DNA from: a virus
Strand: one strand, 5' to 3'
DNA: 64,000 nucleotides
Virus record (IMG/VR): IMGVR_UViG_3300020438_005287
Span: 5,661 to 69,660 of that record
Positions 18,372 through 28,141 of this stretch are shown piece by piece; within the stretch, counting starts at the first letter, position 1; each line of letters opens with the position of its first letter. The notes under the pieces were generated by a model, which saw nothing but the letters and a program-made list of their open reading frames with translations, had not been told where the DNA came from and did not search any database. The translations under genes were made by a program, and so were the position numbers.

Positions 18372-19691
18372 ATGACTCAAGACCTTACGAAGTTACCATT
18401 AATTACTAACCCATATTTAAGAGATAGTAATTCTGGATCTTTAATAAAAGAATTTTTATTTAACCATTGGAAAAACAAAAAATTTGTATTTTATAAAGTT
18501 ATGCTGCTATACCAGCAATTACCAAAAAAGCCTGATATATTCCAATATATTCCTACTAAAGTCTTAAATTCAATACGCATAAAAAATAATGTTTTTTTGA
18601 TTTATGACTGCTCAAATGAAGGATATAGTTCTTTAGAAACTCCTTGGAATTTTTTTTATATCATACAATACAATTGCAAAAAATATAATATTCCTATAAA
18701 TAAAGTAATTTACGCGACAAGTAATCTTCGAGAAAAAGAAAATTTACAGAAATATATAAATTCTGGCAATATCAATATGTCATTGCGAAATGACATGAAA
18801 ATATTTTATTTTCATGCATTTAAGTGGAGCATAGGTAATAGATTAAAAGGAGAATTAATAGCTAATGTTTTTCCTTTACAATCAGAATACAATCATATAT
18901 ATACACATGGCGAAAATGAATCACATGTAAAAGTAAAAATTAAATCCAATCGGTATTGGAAAGTTATGAAAGAAAACTTTCAACAATCTTATATACATAA
19001 TAAAATTATTTTATCGTTAAGCAGACGATCAAGAGAACACAGAGTGCTTGCAAATTATGTTTTAAAGATGAATAAAGATACAAACAACTATTGCACTGTT
19101 AGTCAAGGATTGCTACAGAAAACACTAAATGGTCACAATATACAAAGTATTCAAGATTATTTAAAAAAAGAATTACCTATATTTGGAATGAGATATGATC
19201 GTAAGTGGCTAAAGATGTTACCTATCATTGCCGATACATCTGATTTTGCTACTAATCATGCACATAATTTAAATGTGAAATTGTGTCAACAACACCTTAT
19301 AGAATTAGTTTTAGAAACTGATGTTGATAATAAAAACAACACTATGATGTTTTTCAGTGAAAAAACTTTTAGACCAATTGGATTATTAATGCCATTCATA
19401 ATTTATGGACACCAACACTGCTATAAATATTTGCAAAATCTTGGATTTATATTGTATACTGATATATTTGACTATTCTTTTGATAGTGAACCAGACAACA
19501 CAAAGAGATTTTATCTTATTTTTTGTCAATTGAAAAAATTAATAGATACTTTAAAAAATATGTCACACCAAGAACAAATAAATTGGCGTTTATCACATAA
19601 ATCTGCTTTGATACATAATTTTGAAAAACTTTTTGAATATAAAGATGAACTGCAAGACTTTCAATCTCTTATCGCATACACTAGGCAGTAA
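18372..19691 (+). CDS. Hypothetical protein, putative glycosyltransferase (GT10-like SEK motif), inverted within the cluster
   Basis: LSLSRRSREHR...ELVLET...FFSEKTFRPI...PFIIYG...LGF...IFDYSFDSE.D..KR. Confidence 0.5.
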   Translation: MTQDLTKLPLITNPYLRDSNSGSLIKEFLFNHWKNKKFVFYKVMLLYQQLPKKPDIFQYIPTKVLNSIRIKNNVFLIYDCSNEGYSSLETPWNFFYIIQYNCKKYNIPINKVIYATSNLREKENLQKYINSGNINMSLRNDMKIFYFHAFKWSIGNRLKGELIANVFPLQSEYNHIYTHGENESHVKVKIKSNRYWKVMKENFQQSYIHNKIILSLSRRSREHRVLANYVLKMNKDTNNYCTVSQGLLQKTLNGHNIQSIQDYLKKELPIFGMRYDRKWLKMLPIIADTSDFATNHAHNLNVKLCQQHLIELVLETDVDNKNNTMMFFSEKTFRPIGLLMPFIIYGHQHCYKYLQNLGFILYTDIFDYSFDSEPDNTKRFYLIFCQLKKLIDTLKNMSHQEQINWRLSHKSALIHNFEKLFEYKDELQDFQSLIAYTRQ

Positions 19692-19714
19692 CTTATAAAG
19701 ATTGTATCAAAATA

Positions 19715-21247
19715 TTAAAAAACTTTATTATCAAAAGATTTTTGCGTATGTTGGCATTCAAGGAAAAAATCTTTCAATTCAGGAAACATTTTACACAAAT
19801 TTTTATTTCTTTTTTTATCATATTGTACAAAAAATTTTGCAAAATTTGCTCTATCAATTGCATTACTATTTGTTTTTAAAAATTGTAAATTTCTTTCCAT
19901 TTTTGCTATCTCAAAATCATAAAATCCATTAAAGTTATCAATTTTTGTATTGGTTTTCATAAAATCAATAGCATTTTCTAAATTTTTACTATATATTGAT
20001 TCCGGTAAAATATTTACTGCCATCCATTTTGGATTCCGCAGTAAAGGTATATCGAACCAAATTCGCTGGCGAGGATAGTACTCATAATCTGGATGTTTTG
20101 TATAAGGATCCTGAATTGGAATCTTAACAATAGTTTGATTATTTTTACTAAAATGTGTTCTCAAATCTAAAATAAATTTCAAATAATCTAATGTATTACA
20201 CACACTGAACACACTGAAAGTATTAATAAACGTTACTGTAGTATTATTTGTTTCTTGTAAAAACCTATATACATTATCAACCATATAATTAAAATTTAAT
20301 CCATCACGCACATATTCTGCTTTAGCATTTGTATTATCAACACTAATAAAAAGTGCAAAATTTTTCAATGCAGGATTGACGTACCAATGATTACCACTAC
20401 CAGGGTTAAATCTTTCTTTATCTTCCCAAATTTGTATTTTTTCTAATTTTTTTACAGCTTGTAAAAATTTATCCATTAATTCTTTCTTGTTAGGAGAAAA
20501 ATTTGTTGTAATTGATAATTCTAGCCATCTGTTTGGATTGTTGTACACATAATCTAAAATTTTGTATGTATTAGAATCCATTAATGGTTCACCTCCGGTA
20601 ATTCTAAAAACTTGTAAAGATTTATAAAGTTTTGGCCACCAATTCCAAAATGCCGTAATATATGGATTATTTTTTTGAGCTACTTTCAAAGGCATAAATC
20701 CTAATTCGTTCAATGCCTCTAAATTATTATGTTTGACAGTTTTATTACCTTGGTAAATTTCATAATCACCCTTTTCTTGTATATGCTGTTCCCAAGTAGA
20801 GCTTAAATGCGGAGAACAATAAGCACAAGAAAGATTACATGCTTGATTAAAATTTACTTCAACATAAGTAGGATCAATATTATCTGTATCTAATTTAGAA
20901 AAAATTTCTTTTCTAGAATCTTGTGCCCAATATTCACCAGATTTATAAACTCTATCACTCCTTTCATTACGTTTTTCTATATCCCAGCAATACGAACATC
21001 CACGAGGCTGTGCACCTTTCAACATCATTGTTCTTTCTTGTTTTTTTTGCCTAGTATTATGTAATGCTGACGGATCATTCAAAATTTCATAAGGATCAAT
21101 TTTATGTAATGGAGGATGATAACAACTACTGCCTAGTCCATTTGTTAAATGCAAAGATACTTGTGCCCATTTGGCATAACACATAGTAGGACTTATCATT
21201 TTTAATTGTTTTTCTGCTTTATCAGCATCTGCATTATAATCACTCAT
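19715..21247 (-). CDS. Radical SAM protein with N-terminal Cys/His (CYH) domain
   Basis: CYAKW...SSCYHPPLH...GCSYCW, then CNLSCAYC, ITGGEP and C-terminal FPEL. Start placed at ATG 21247. Confidence 0.92.
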   Translation of the reverse strand: MSDYNADADKAEKQLKMISPTMCYAKWAQVSLHLTNGLGSSCYHPPLHKIDPYEILNDPSALHNTRQKKQERTMMLKGAQPRGCSYCWDIEKRNERSDRVYKSGEYWAQDSRKEIFSKLDTDNIDPTYVEVNFNQACNLSCAYCSPHLSSTWEQHIQEKGDYEIYQGNKTVKHNNLEALNELGFMPLKVAQKNNPYITAFWNWWPKLYKSLQVFRITGGEPLMDSNTYKILDYVYNNPNRWLELSITTNFSPNKKELMDKFLQAVKKLEKIQIWEDKERFNPGSGNHWYVNPALKNFALFISVDNTNAKAEYVRDGLNFNYMVDNVYRFLQETNNTTVTFINTFSVFSVCNTLDYLKFILDLRTHFSKNNQTIVKIPIQDPYTKHPDYEYYPRQRIWFDIPLLRNPKWMAVNILPESIYSKNLENAIDFMKTNTKIDNFNGFYDFEIAKMERNLQFLKTNSNAIDRANFAKFFVQYDKKRNKNLCKMFPELKDFFLECQHTQKSFDNKVF

Positions 21248-22361
21248 GTTTTTTATCAATGAAAAGATTAGCAAATCGTCTTTGCGATTTTTTACAGTTT
21301 TCATAACAAAAATGAAAAGGGTTGTAATCAAACTTACTTGCAAACATTTGTAATGAATTTGTGTGATTTATTATTTGTTCTAATGAAAAATAATGTAAAT
21401 TATTTTTTTCTCTTAAATGTTTGTACTGATCATGTAATTCTGACACACTAGATTTGTAAGCTGCTCCATTAGCTGCATTCCCTACCAAACAACATGGATA
21501 AACTTTACCTTGTGCTGATACATATAATTCTTGCATAGCAACATTAGGATCAGATTCTAATTTATCAAAACTATAACAACGTATACATTCATCTTTTTTT
21601 AATTCTACACTCTTCTTTGGTAACGGACTTGGTTTCCCTACAAATTTGCCACCAGCAGGCATTTTAGGTAATTCTTTTTCATGATGTTCTAAATAATATT
21701 CTAATTCAAAATTTTTGTCTAACACAGGCATAGCAAAATTTTCTACACCAAATGGATTTTTTAACATTAATGATACTCCATATTTTTCTGCAAGAAGTCT
21801 TGCTTCATCTATCTGATGATTATTATGTTTAAATCTTAAAAAATCCCAATGTATGTTAGCTCCTGTTTCTGCACAAGCAGCAAGATTTGCTTCTAATTTT
21901 TTCCAAACAACATTTCTTCTGTAAAGATGGTTTGTATCTTCTAATCCGTCAATAGAAAAAACAATATAACGATATGTATCTATTTTAGAATGATTATGCA
22001 CTGAATTTTTAAATAAATTTCCTAATTTTCTAAAAAATTTAGGATTCCTTAAGCCTCCGTTAGTGTTTAATTGCACCCGAGATACACTATTGTTACAAAC
22101 ATATTCTAAAATTTTATATATATCAGGACACGCCAATGGATCTCCTTGACTACCACAAAATAACCATCTTTTAATTTTTTTAGTAAAATTTAAAGGAAAC
22201 CACTTTTGGAAATTTTCAATATTGATAGAAGTCAAAATTAAGTCCGGATTGACATTAGGACTATAATTAACATGCCTAGTACAACCAGGACAAGCTGCAT
22301 TACAAAGTGAACTTGGTTCAATATGCAGTGCATTAATTTTATTATATTCCCATTTTATCAT
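21240..22361 (-). CDS. Radical SAM protein with C-terminal SPASM/Twitch-like domain (CGxxGDP variant)
   Basis: CNAACPGC, FCGSQGDP, TNGG, FSIDGLEDTNHLYR, VYPCC...CYENC. Start placed at ATG 22361. Confidence 0.92.
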   Translation of the reverse strand: MIKWEYNKINALHIEPSSLCNAACPGCTRHVNYSPNVNPDLILTSINIENFQKWFPLNFTKKIKRWLFCGSQGDPLACPDIYKILEYVCNNSVSRVQLNTNGGLRNPKFFRKLGNLFKNSVHNHSKIDTYRYIVFSIDGLEDTNHLYRRNVVWKKLEANLAACAETGANIHWDFLRFKHNNHQIDEARLLAEKYGVSLMLKNPFGVENFAMPVLDKNFELEYYLEHHEKELPKMPAGGKFVGKPSPLPKKSVELKKDECIRCYSFDKLESDPNVAMQELYVSAQGKVYPCCLVGNAANGAAYKSSVSELHDQYKHLREKNNLHYFSLEQIINHTNSLQMFASKFDYNPFHFCYENCKKSQRRFANLFIDKKHE

Positions 22362-23730
22362 TATAAATATCTCTAGATTTGGCACACAAATCCCAAAAAT
22401 CTTTCATTTCCGGAAAAGTATGTAAAAAATTTGTGTTTCGCCTTTTATCATATTCTGTAAACCAATAAAAAAAATCTTTTCTACCCTCTAAAATTTTATC
22501 TTCATCATAATTTGATTGTAAAAAATAATTTTTTACCCTTCTAAAACGTTCATATTCTAAACTGCTAAACAATGTTGTATCTTTATCATCACAATTTTTA
22601 TGTATAAAATTTAATATATTATCAAAATATTTACTAAATTGATCTTTTGGTAATATATTCATATCATATTGTAATGGTTCTTTTAAATATGGAGTATCAA
22701 ATCTTATACGGCGTGCTTTGCTATTATAAAATTTTTTCCGTAAATCTAAAATTTTTTGTAAAAATAAGATAAAACTTGTAACACTTAGTATATTAAAAGT
22801 ACACATAATACTTACATTTCCATTTGTTGATTCTAAAAAGTATGTTAAATTCTTTTCCCACAACTCTATTTGCAATCCTGTGCGTAAGTATTCAGCCCTA
22901 TCATTATATGTATCAATACTAGTATATAATTTAAATTTACGCACTGATTTTTTGTCTTCTAATAAATTAACTTTTTGTGCAAGTTTTTTAACAAGTCTAT
23001 GCGTAACTCCTAAATTACTGTTGATATTTAATTCAAGATGAGGCTTTTTGTTTATTAATAGGTCATCCAAAATCTGCCACGTACTCCTATGCAATAAAGG
23101 CTCACCGCCAGTAATTCTTAATATATTAAGTGTTTGGCTAACTTCAGGCCACCACTTCCACCATGCATCAACATATGGATTGTCCTTTTCATCAATAGGA
23201 GTAAACCAATCAACATTAACACGATGATTACTTACTTGCTTGACAGGACCATATTTTTCAACTTCAGCATAATACGAACTACTTGCCATTGGATGGCAAT
23301 ATCCGCATTTAAAATTACATTCGTTACTGAAAGAAATTTCAATGTATTCAGGATTAATATCAAAGTCCCAATTATTTTTAAGTATTTCATCTACCCGATC
23401 TTTTTTGTAGATACTTTGATTTCTTATCATTCTATCTGAAATATGATCATCACCTAATTCTTCAACGTTCCAACAATATTGGCATCCTTCACACTTAACA
23501 CCAACTAACATTTGTGCTCGTTCTTTCTTTTTTTGTAATGTATTATGCAATGCTGAAGGATTTTTTTTAATTTCATTTAATGAAATTTTGTGCGGTGACG
23601 GATGATAACAACTATGAGTGTCACCTGTATGCAAATAAATTGTTGTATGATGCCACTTTGCTAAACAAAATGTAGGACTTATTTTATCCATCAAAAAATT
23701 ATTTTGTCTTATTAAATTAGTTTCACTCAT
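22342..23730 (-). CDS. Radical SAM protein with N-terminal Cys/His (CYH) domain
   Basis: CLAKW...HSCYHPSPH...GCQYCW, then CNFKCGYC and ITGGEP. Confidence 0.93.
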   Translation of the reverse strand: MSETNLIRQNNFLMDKISPTFCLAKWHHTTIYLHTGDTHSCYHPSPHKISLNEIKKNPSALHNTLQKKKERAQMLVGVKCEGCQYCWNVEELGDDHISDRMIRNQSIYKKDRVDEILKNNWDFDINPEYIEISFSNECNFKCGYCHPMASSSYYAEVEKYGPVKQVSNHRVNVDWFTPIDEKDNPYVDAWWKWWPEVSQTLNILRITGGEPLLHRSTWQILDDLLINKKPHLELNINSNLGVTHRLVKKLAQKVNLLEDKKSVRKFKLYTSIDTYNDRAEYLRTGLQIELWEKNLTYFLESTNGNVSIMCTFNILSVTSFILFLQKILDLRKKFYNSKARRIRFDTPYLKEPLQYDMNILPKDQFSKYFDNILNFIHKNCDDKDTTLFSSLEYERFRRVKNYFLQSNYDEDKILEGRKDFFYWFTEYDKRRNTNFLHTFPEMKDFWDLCAKSRDIYNDKMGI

Positions 23731-24938
23731 ATACTTTGATTTTCTATACCATATAATTCTGGAAAAACATTATATAAATTTTCATTACGTATAGCATCTC
23801 TACTATCAACTTGATTCAAAAAATTTATTTTTTGTTTTTTCCACAAATCTACACTATACGCTAAATCTAAAAGACTATATAAATTGTTTGCAAAATAATA
23901 CCCTTCTTTTTTCCAAATACTAGCTTCTGTATAAAATTTGTCTTTGACTTTATTTTTAAAGGACATTGGTAATACGCAAGGAGAAAAATGTTCAGGATTT
24001 TGACAAGCAGTAAAAGTGATATTTGTCGTTTTTGTAAATAGCCTTTCATTTATCATGTAATGTATAAAATTTATAAGCGTTAAAAAACTAAAATTTGTAA
24101 CAGTGACATTATAATCTATATTGATATTTGATAATTTTTGTAACTGTTTTATATTTTTACATACAACTTGCCATTTTGTACCATGCCGTATATACTCTGC
24201 ACGACTACCATAATGATCAATACTTGCATAAAATTGAACTTCTTTATATTGATTCCATAGATCAATAATATTCTTTTTTTTATATTTTATTGTACTCATA
24301 TTTGAATTGTACCGTAGTTTAATATCTACACTACGTCCTGATTCAATAATTTTTTCCAGTAAAATAAAATGCTCATTCATTAGCAGCGGTTCTCCGCCTG
24401 CAAAATAAACCACTTTGATATTTGGAATTTGCTCTATAATTTTATTAACTATAGATTTGTTTGCACTAATAATAGGAAATTCATTTCCATTTTCCTCTGC
24501 CCACGAACTACTAAATAGTGACCCGCACATTCTACATTTAAAATTGCACTTATTACTTAGTCTAACATCTACATATAGCATTTTAAAATTATCTAAAGAA
24601 CCGTCTGAATTTGTAGATGACACTATATTCTCAAATTCCGATTCATATTCAAAAGATGACGTACGAAAACTATTAGCAGAATATTTTTCACTTTTATAAC
24701 AAGTTTCGCAATATTTAGATGGTTCATCGGCTAGCATCTTGAGCCGTAGTTCCTTCATTTTTTTAGAATTTGTTAATTCTAAAAAACTTTGTTCTTTTAC
24801 ATTTGAAACGAATGGATTCATATCTCCAAGTAAACAACAAGGATACATTTCTGAATTAGGAGTAAACATCATATGTATCCAAGGAAACATACAAAAATTT
24901 TTACTTTTATTAAAATAATAATTTTTGTCAAATTTCAT
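23727..24938 (-). CDS. Radical SAM protein with N-terminal Twitch-like domain
   Basis: FCMFPWIH...YPCC...CETCY, then CNFKCRMC, FAGGEP and C-terminal FPEL. Confidence 0.93.
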   Translation of the reverse strand: MKFDKNYYFNKSKNFCMFPWIHMMFTPNSEMYPCCLLGDMNPFVSNVKEQSFLELTNSKKMKELRLKMLADEPSKYCETCYKSEKYSANSFRTSSFEYESEFENIVSSTNSDGSLDNFKMLYVDVRLSNKCNFKCRMCGSLFSSSWAEENGNEFPIISANKSIVNKIIEQIPNIKVVYFAGGEPLLMNEHFILLEKIIESGRSVDIKLRYNSNMSTIKYKKKNIIDLWNQYKEVQFYASIDHYGSRAEYIRHGTKWQVVCKNIKQLQKLSNINIDYNVTVTNFSFLTLINFIHYMINERLFTKTTNITFTACQNPEHFSPCVLPMSFKNKVKDKFYTEASIWKKEGYYFANNLYSLLDLAYSVDLWKKQKINFLNQVDSRDAIRNENLYNVFPELYGIENQSI

Positions 24939-24940
24939 TA

Positions 24941-25864
24941 TTACTCAGGATCTATTACTGCGCGAGATATCCTATCCGGATTGCGATAGACAGTTTTGAA
25001 AAATTTATTCTGTTCAGGCATTAACGGATTATCACAAATCGGTAGTTCTAATTTTGTTTTTATTTTGTTTCCAATATTAATACATCTATTTAACATTTCA
25101 TCATAATTGTAATTTTTATATTCTTGCCATAATTGATTTAAATATTTAAAATCTCTGACCTGAATATAATCCCAATCAGTACACATAGTTTTATATAATC
25201 CTTGTCTTGCGCCATATATTGCCCATAAACCATTATCCACGTCAGTACCTACCATTAACCAAATATATAATCTGTGTAAGTTTTTCCAATGATTCTGTTT
25301 AAATTGTGATAGACTTGGCCGTACTCCTTGATCTAATGCCATTTTAACACCTTCGCGAAATCCTGCCCTCCATGCCTGATGCGGTGTTGCATTATTATAT
25401 ATATCTGAAAAACATGAATTCATCTGTATGTATTCAACGTCCCAACAAAAATCAACCTGTGCATGCGGATTGTCAGGTGCAGCATTTTCATGTGTTCGCA
25501 TGTTTAACACAAATTCACGTGGCCAACACTTAACACCACCATTTCCATACATTAATCCGTTAATTACGTTATGTCCGCACCAAGATATAACTTTATTTTC
25601 TAGTTCTACATGTTCATCAAAATCGATCTCTTGTGCTAAAAAATGTTCACGTATACGATTATCACCATCTATTGTAACAAATCTATCTGTTTCACTTATT
25701 TTTGCACATGCTTTATGAGCAGCATCTGAACCTTCTACACCGTGCACACGTTTGGCCCAAGGTATTTTTTTACATAAATCAGCGTAATTCTGTTCGGCAT
25801 TGGGTTCATCATAGCTAAGATACACAATGTCATAATCAAGTACACGAAATTTTTTTTTACTCAT
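24941..25864 (-). CDS. GT-A-type glycosyltransferase
   Basis: YDIVYLSYDEP...AHKACA...FVTIDGDN (DxD)...YGNGGVKCWP...WRAGFREGVK. Confidence 0.75.
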   Translation of the reverse strand: MSKKKFRVLDYDIVYLSYDEPNAEQNYADLCKKIPWAKRVHGVEGSDAAHKACAKISETDRFVTIDGDNRIREHFLAQEIDFDEHVELENKVISWCGHNVINGLMYGNGGVKCWPREFVLNMRTHENAAPDNPHAQVDFCWDVEYIQMNSCFSDIYNNATPHQAWRAGFREGVKMALDQGVRPSLSQFKQNHWKNLHRLYIWLMVGTDVDNGLWAIYGARQGLYKTMCTDWDYIQVRDFKYLNQLWQEYKNYNYDEMLNRCINIGNKIKTKLELPICDNPLMPEQNKFFKTVYRNPDRISRAVIDPE

Positions 25865-26417
25865 TGTTTATTTTTTTATAATTATATGAATTAAATCGTT
25901 TATTTGTAAACACACTGATATTTGTACCCTCAAACTCAAAAGGATATTTAAAATCAACAATAAAGTAATGTTCTTGCAATAATTTATCAAATCTTACTAT
26001 TAACTGCCTATATAAAATGTTTGGATTGTGCAATTTGGTTACACTAAAAAATAAATCAATTCGTCTACCAAAATTTTGTGTTGCAACTCCATTTTTTAAT
26101 TCAGTTGATGGAAAAAATTTCCAACATTTATTAGGACAATCTTGTACAATTGACAAATCTGCAGTATCTTGCGTTGTGGGCACTTCGTAAATTATTTGGT
26201 TAATGTCAAATGCATCTTCCTCATAATCAGTCTTAGGTGTTAATTCCAATAAAGTGGTTTTTGGATTTAATTTTACTTGATAGTGTAAGTAACTATCCTT
26301 GCCTTGAAAAAATGGTTCAACTTCTTCTAGTGCAACCTCTAGATAATTTCCGTCAATAGGCATAACATTTGTTATCGAAGTTACGTTGTTTTCAGTATCA
26401 TAAATTACATACATCAT
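25857..26417 (-). CDS. Hypothetical protein
   Basis: 186-aa ORF overlapping both neighbours; no recognisable motif. Confidence 0.75.
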   Translation of the reverse strand: MMYVIYDTENNVTSITNVMPIDGNYLEVALEEVEPFFQGKDSYLHYQVKLNPKTTLLELTPKTDYEEDAFDINQIIYEVPTTQDTADLSIVQDCPNKCWKFFPSTELKNGVATQNFGRRIDLFFSVTKLHNPNILYRQLIVRFDKLLQEHYFIVDFKYPFEFEGTNISVFTNKRFNSYNYKKINNE

Positions 26418-27247
26418 AATCCTATCTTTTCACAATATCTTTCTAGCAACTTATAAGAAAAAAAACATGGTTCAGTATAATGAAAAACTCCTGTCTGTCT
26501 ATAATTACCAATCACAAGATCAAGATTTTCTGTAACATATACGCCTAGTTGATTTGTCCATTTTTCTTTCACCTGAGTCCATCCTTGAATGTATGGTTTC
26601 ATATGAACAAATTTAATAATGTTGTTTTTAGTATAAGTTATTTGTTTTTCGATACCTAATAGTTTGCATGCTACAGCAGCAGTAATATCCATGCTAGGAT
26701 ATTGAGGATAATGATGTTTTACATATTGTCCATAAAATAATTCCCAATTATTTGAAATTAATTCCATCCATGCGTAAAATTCTTTTGCTTTATCTGTTTT
26801 TTTAAAAAAATGTAAACCAGAATACAAGTTAGGCAAATTATTTTGTGTAAATGCTTTCCTATAATAATCATTATCAATCTTGACTCCTCTATATGTTACA
26901 ACATCTGTCACATAATAAAGATAATATTGATCTAGAAAATTCCACCACAGAGACAAATCTTGTAGGACTATTGTATCTGAATCTAGAACGATAGTTTGAT
27001 CATATGGCGAAGCATGATATATTTTCCATCTATTCTCGATGCTATATCTACTCTTATCTACACTTTTATCATACCAAGGTATTGGTATGATTTTGTCAAA
27101 CAAATTTATAAATTTATCGGGAATTACATCATTAGTAATCACTGATATTTTAACATTTTTATTTTTTACATGTAAACTTGCAGCACATAACAAAGCTTGG
27201 TTCACATAGTTAGCACCATCAGCAAATATTACAAAACCTTTTTTCAT
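26414..27247 (-). CDS. GT-A (GT8-like) glycosyltransferase
   Basis: YVNQALLCAASL...SPYDQTIVLDSD (DxD)...YSGLHFF...FVHMK. Confidence 0.7.
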   Translation of the reverse strand: MKKGFVIFADGANYVNQALLCAASLHVKNKNVKISVITNDVIPDKFINLFDKIIPIPWYDKSVDKSRYSIENRWKIYHASPYDQTIVLDSDTIVLQDLSLWWNFLDQYYLYYVTDVVTYRGVKIDNDYYRKAFTQNNLPNLYSGLHFFKKTDKAKEFYAWMELISNNWELFYGQYVKHHYPQYPSMDITAAVACKLLGIEKQITYTKNNIIKFVHMKPYIQGWTQVKEKWTNQLGVYVTENLDLVIGNYRQTGVFHYTEPCFFSYKLLERYCEKIGL

Positions 27248-28140
27248 AATTGTATTTCATCAATGCATCTGTTAAGACTATACTTGTTCATAACATGTAT
27301 AGAATGTTCTTTCCATTTGCATAGGGTGTATTCACCATGATATTGTTGTTTTTCTAGTAAAAAAGTGATTTCGTTATCAGATATTTCCCAACAAATATCT
27401 TTATCCATGGTATAAAACAACTTTCCTGGCATTTTATTTGCAAAATTTCCATCTTGATACCCATTCATAATATGAATTGCTATCGAAAACACATGATCAT
27501 TGCGTAATAAATTTTCACCAACTTGAAAAACTGATCTATAATGATTCCAATTTTCTTGGATATGACTTGCTAAATCGAAAAATATTTTATTTACTTGGGT
27601 TTTTCTAAAAAATACTACAGTAGCCCAATAAAACTTTACTCCAACATTGTTTATATAAGAAAATTCACTGTAATCTCTAAATTCAGCTAGATCATAAGAT
27701 TCATCATATATTAAAAAATCATGTTCTTGATTAAAACAATGTTTCCATATATCATCTAAAACAACGATATCAGTATCTAACAATAAAGTTTCTTCATACG
27801 GAGTAACATCATAAACATAAGCTCTACAATTATTCTTGAACGGTAACCTCTTTTCAACGTTTGTACCATCTCTATAAGACTTTATATGATGATTTTCTGA
27901 TGGAGATAAAAGTTTTGTATCTGCATTATCAATTTTATCATAAACAACTTCTATTACATTATGAAATACATCTTTATAATCTGTGTAATTTTTCTCAAGA
28001 TATTCTATACTATCAGTAATAACGCTTGTCGGTAAATTCAAAAATTTTTTTATTTGTTTTGCTAGGAAATATGCTTGTTTAATGTAATCAATCTGCTTGT
28101 TATTCCTAGCAATTACTAAAATTCCCTGGGTATTTTGCAT
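27244..28140 (-). CDS. GT-A (GT8-like) glycosyltransferase
   Basis: DYIKQA...TPYEETLLLDTD (DxD)...WATVVFF...RND..FSIA...HVMNK; paralog of 26414-27247. Confidence 0.7.
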   Translation of the reverse strand: MQNTQGILVIARNNKQIDYIKQAYFLAKQIKKFLNLPTSVITDSIEYLEKNYTDYKDVFHNVIEVVYDKIDNADTKLLSPSENHHIKSYRDGTNVEKRLPFKNNCRAYVYDVTPYEETLLLDTDIVVLDDIWKHCFNQEHDFLIYDESYDLAEFRDYSEFSYINNVGVKFYWATVVFFRKTQVNKIFFDLASHIQENWNHYRSVFQVGENLLRNDHVFSIAIHIMNGYQDGNFANKMPGKLFYTMDKDICWEISDNEITFLLEKQQYHGEYTLCKWKEHSIHVMNKYSLNRCIDEIQL

Positions 28141-28141
28141 A

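Noticed and set aside
7344-24938. RiPP (sactipeptide/ranthipeptide) biosynthetic cluster
   Set aside because: No Cys-rich or leader-core precursor, RRE/PqqD domain, peptidase or exporter is recognisable, and the genes leave almost no intergenic room. Sugar enzymes dominate.
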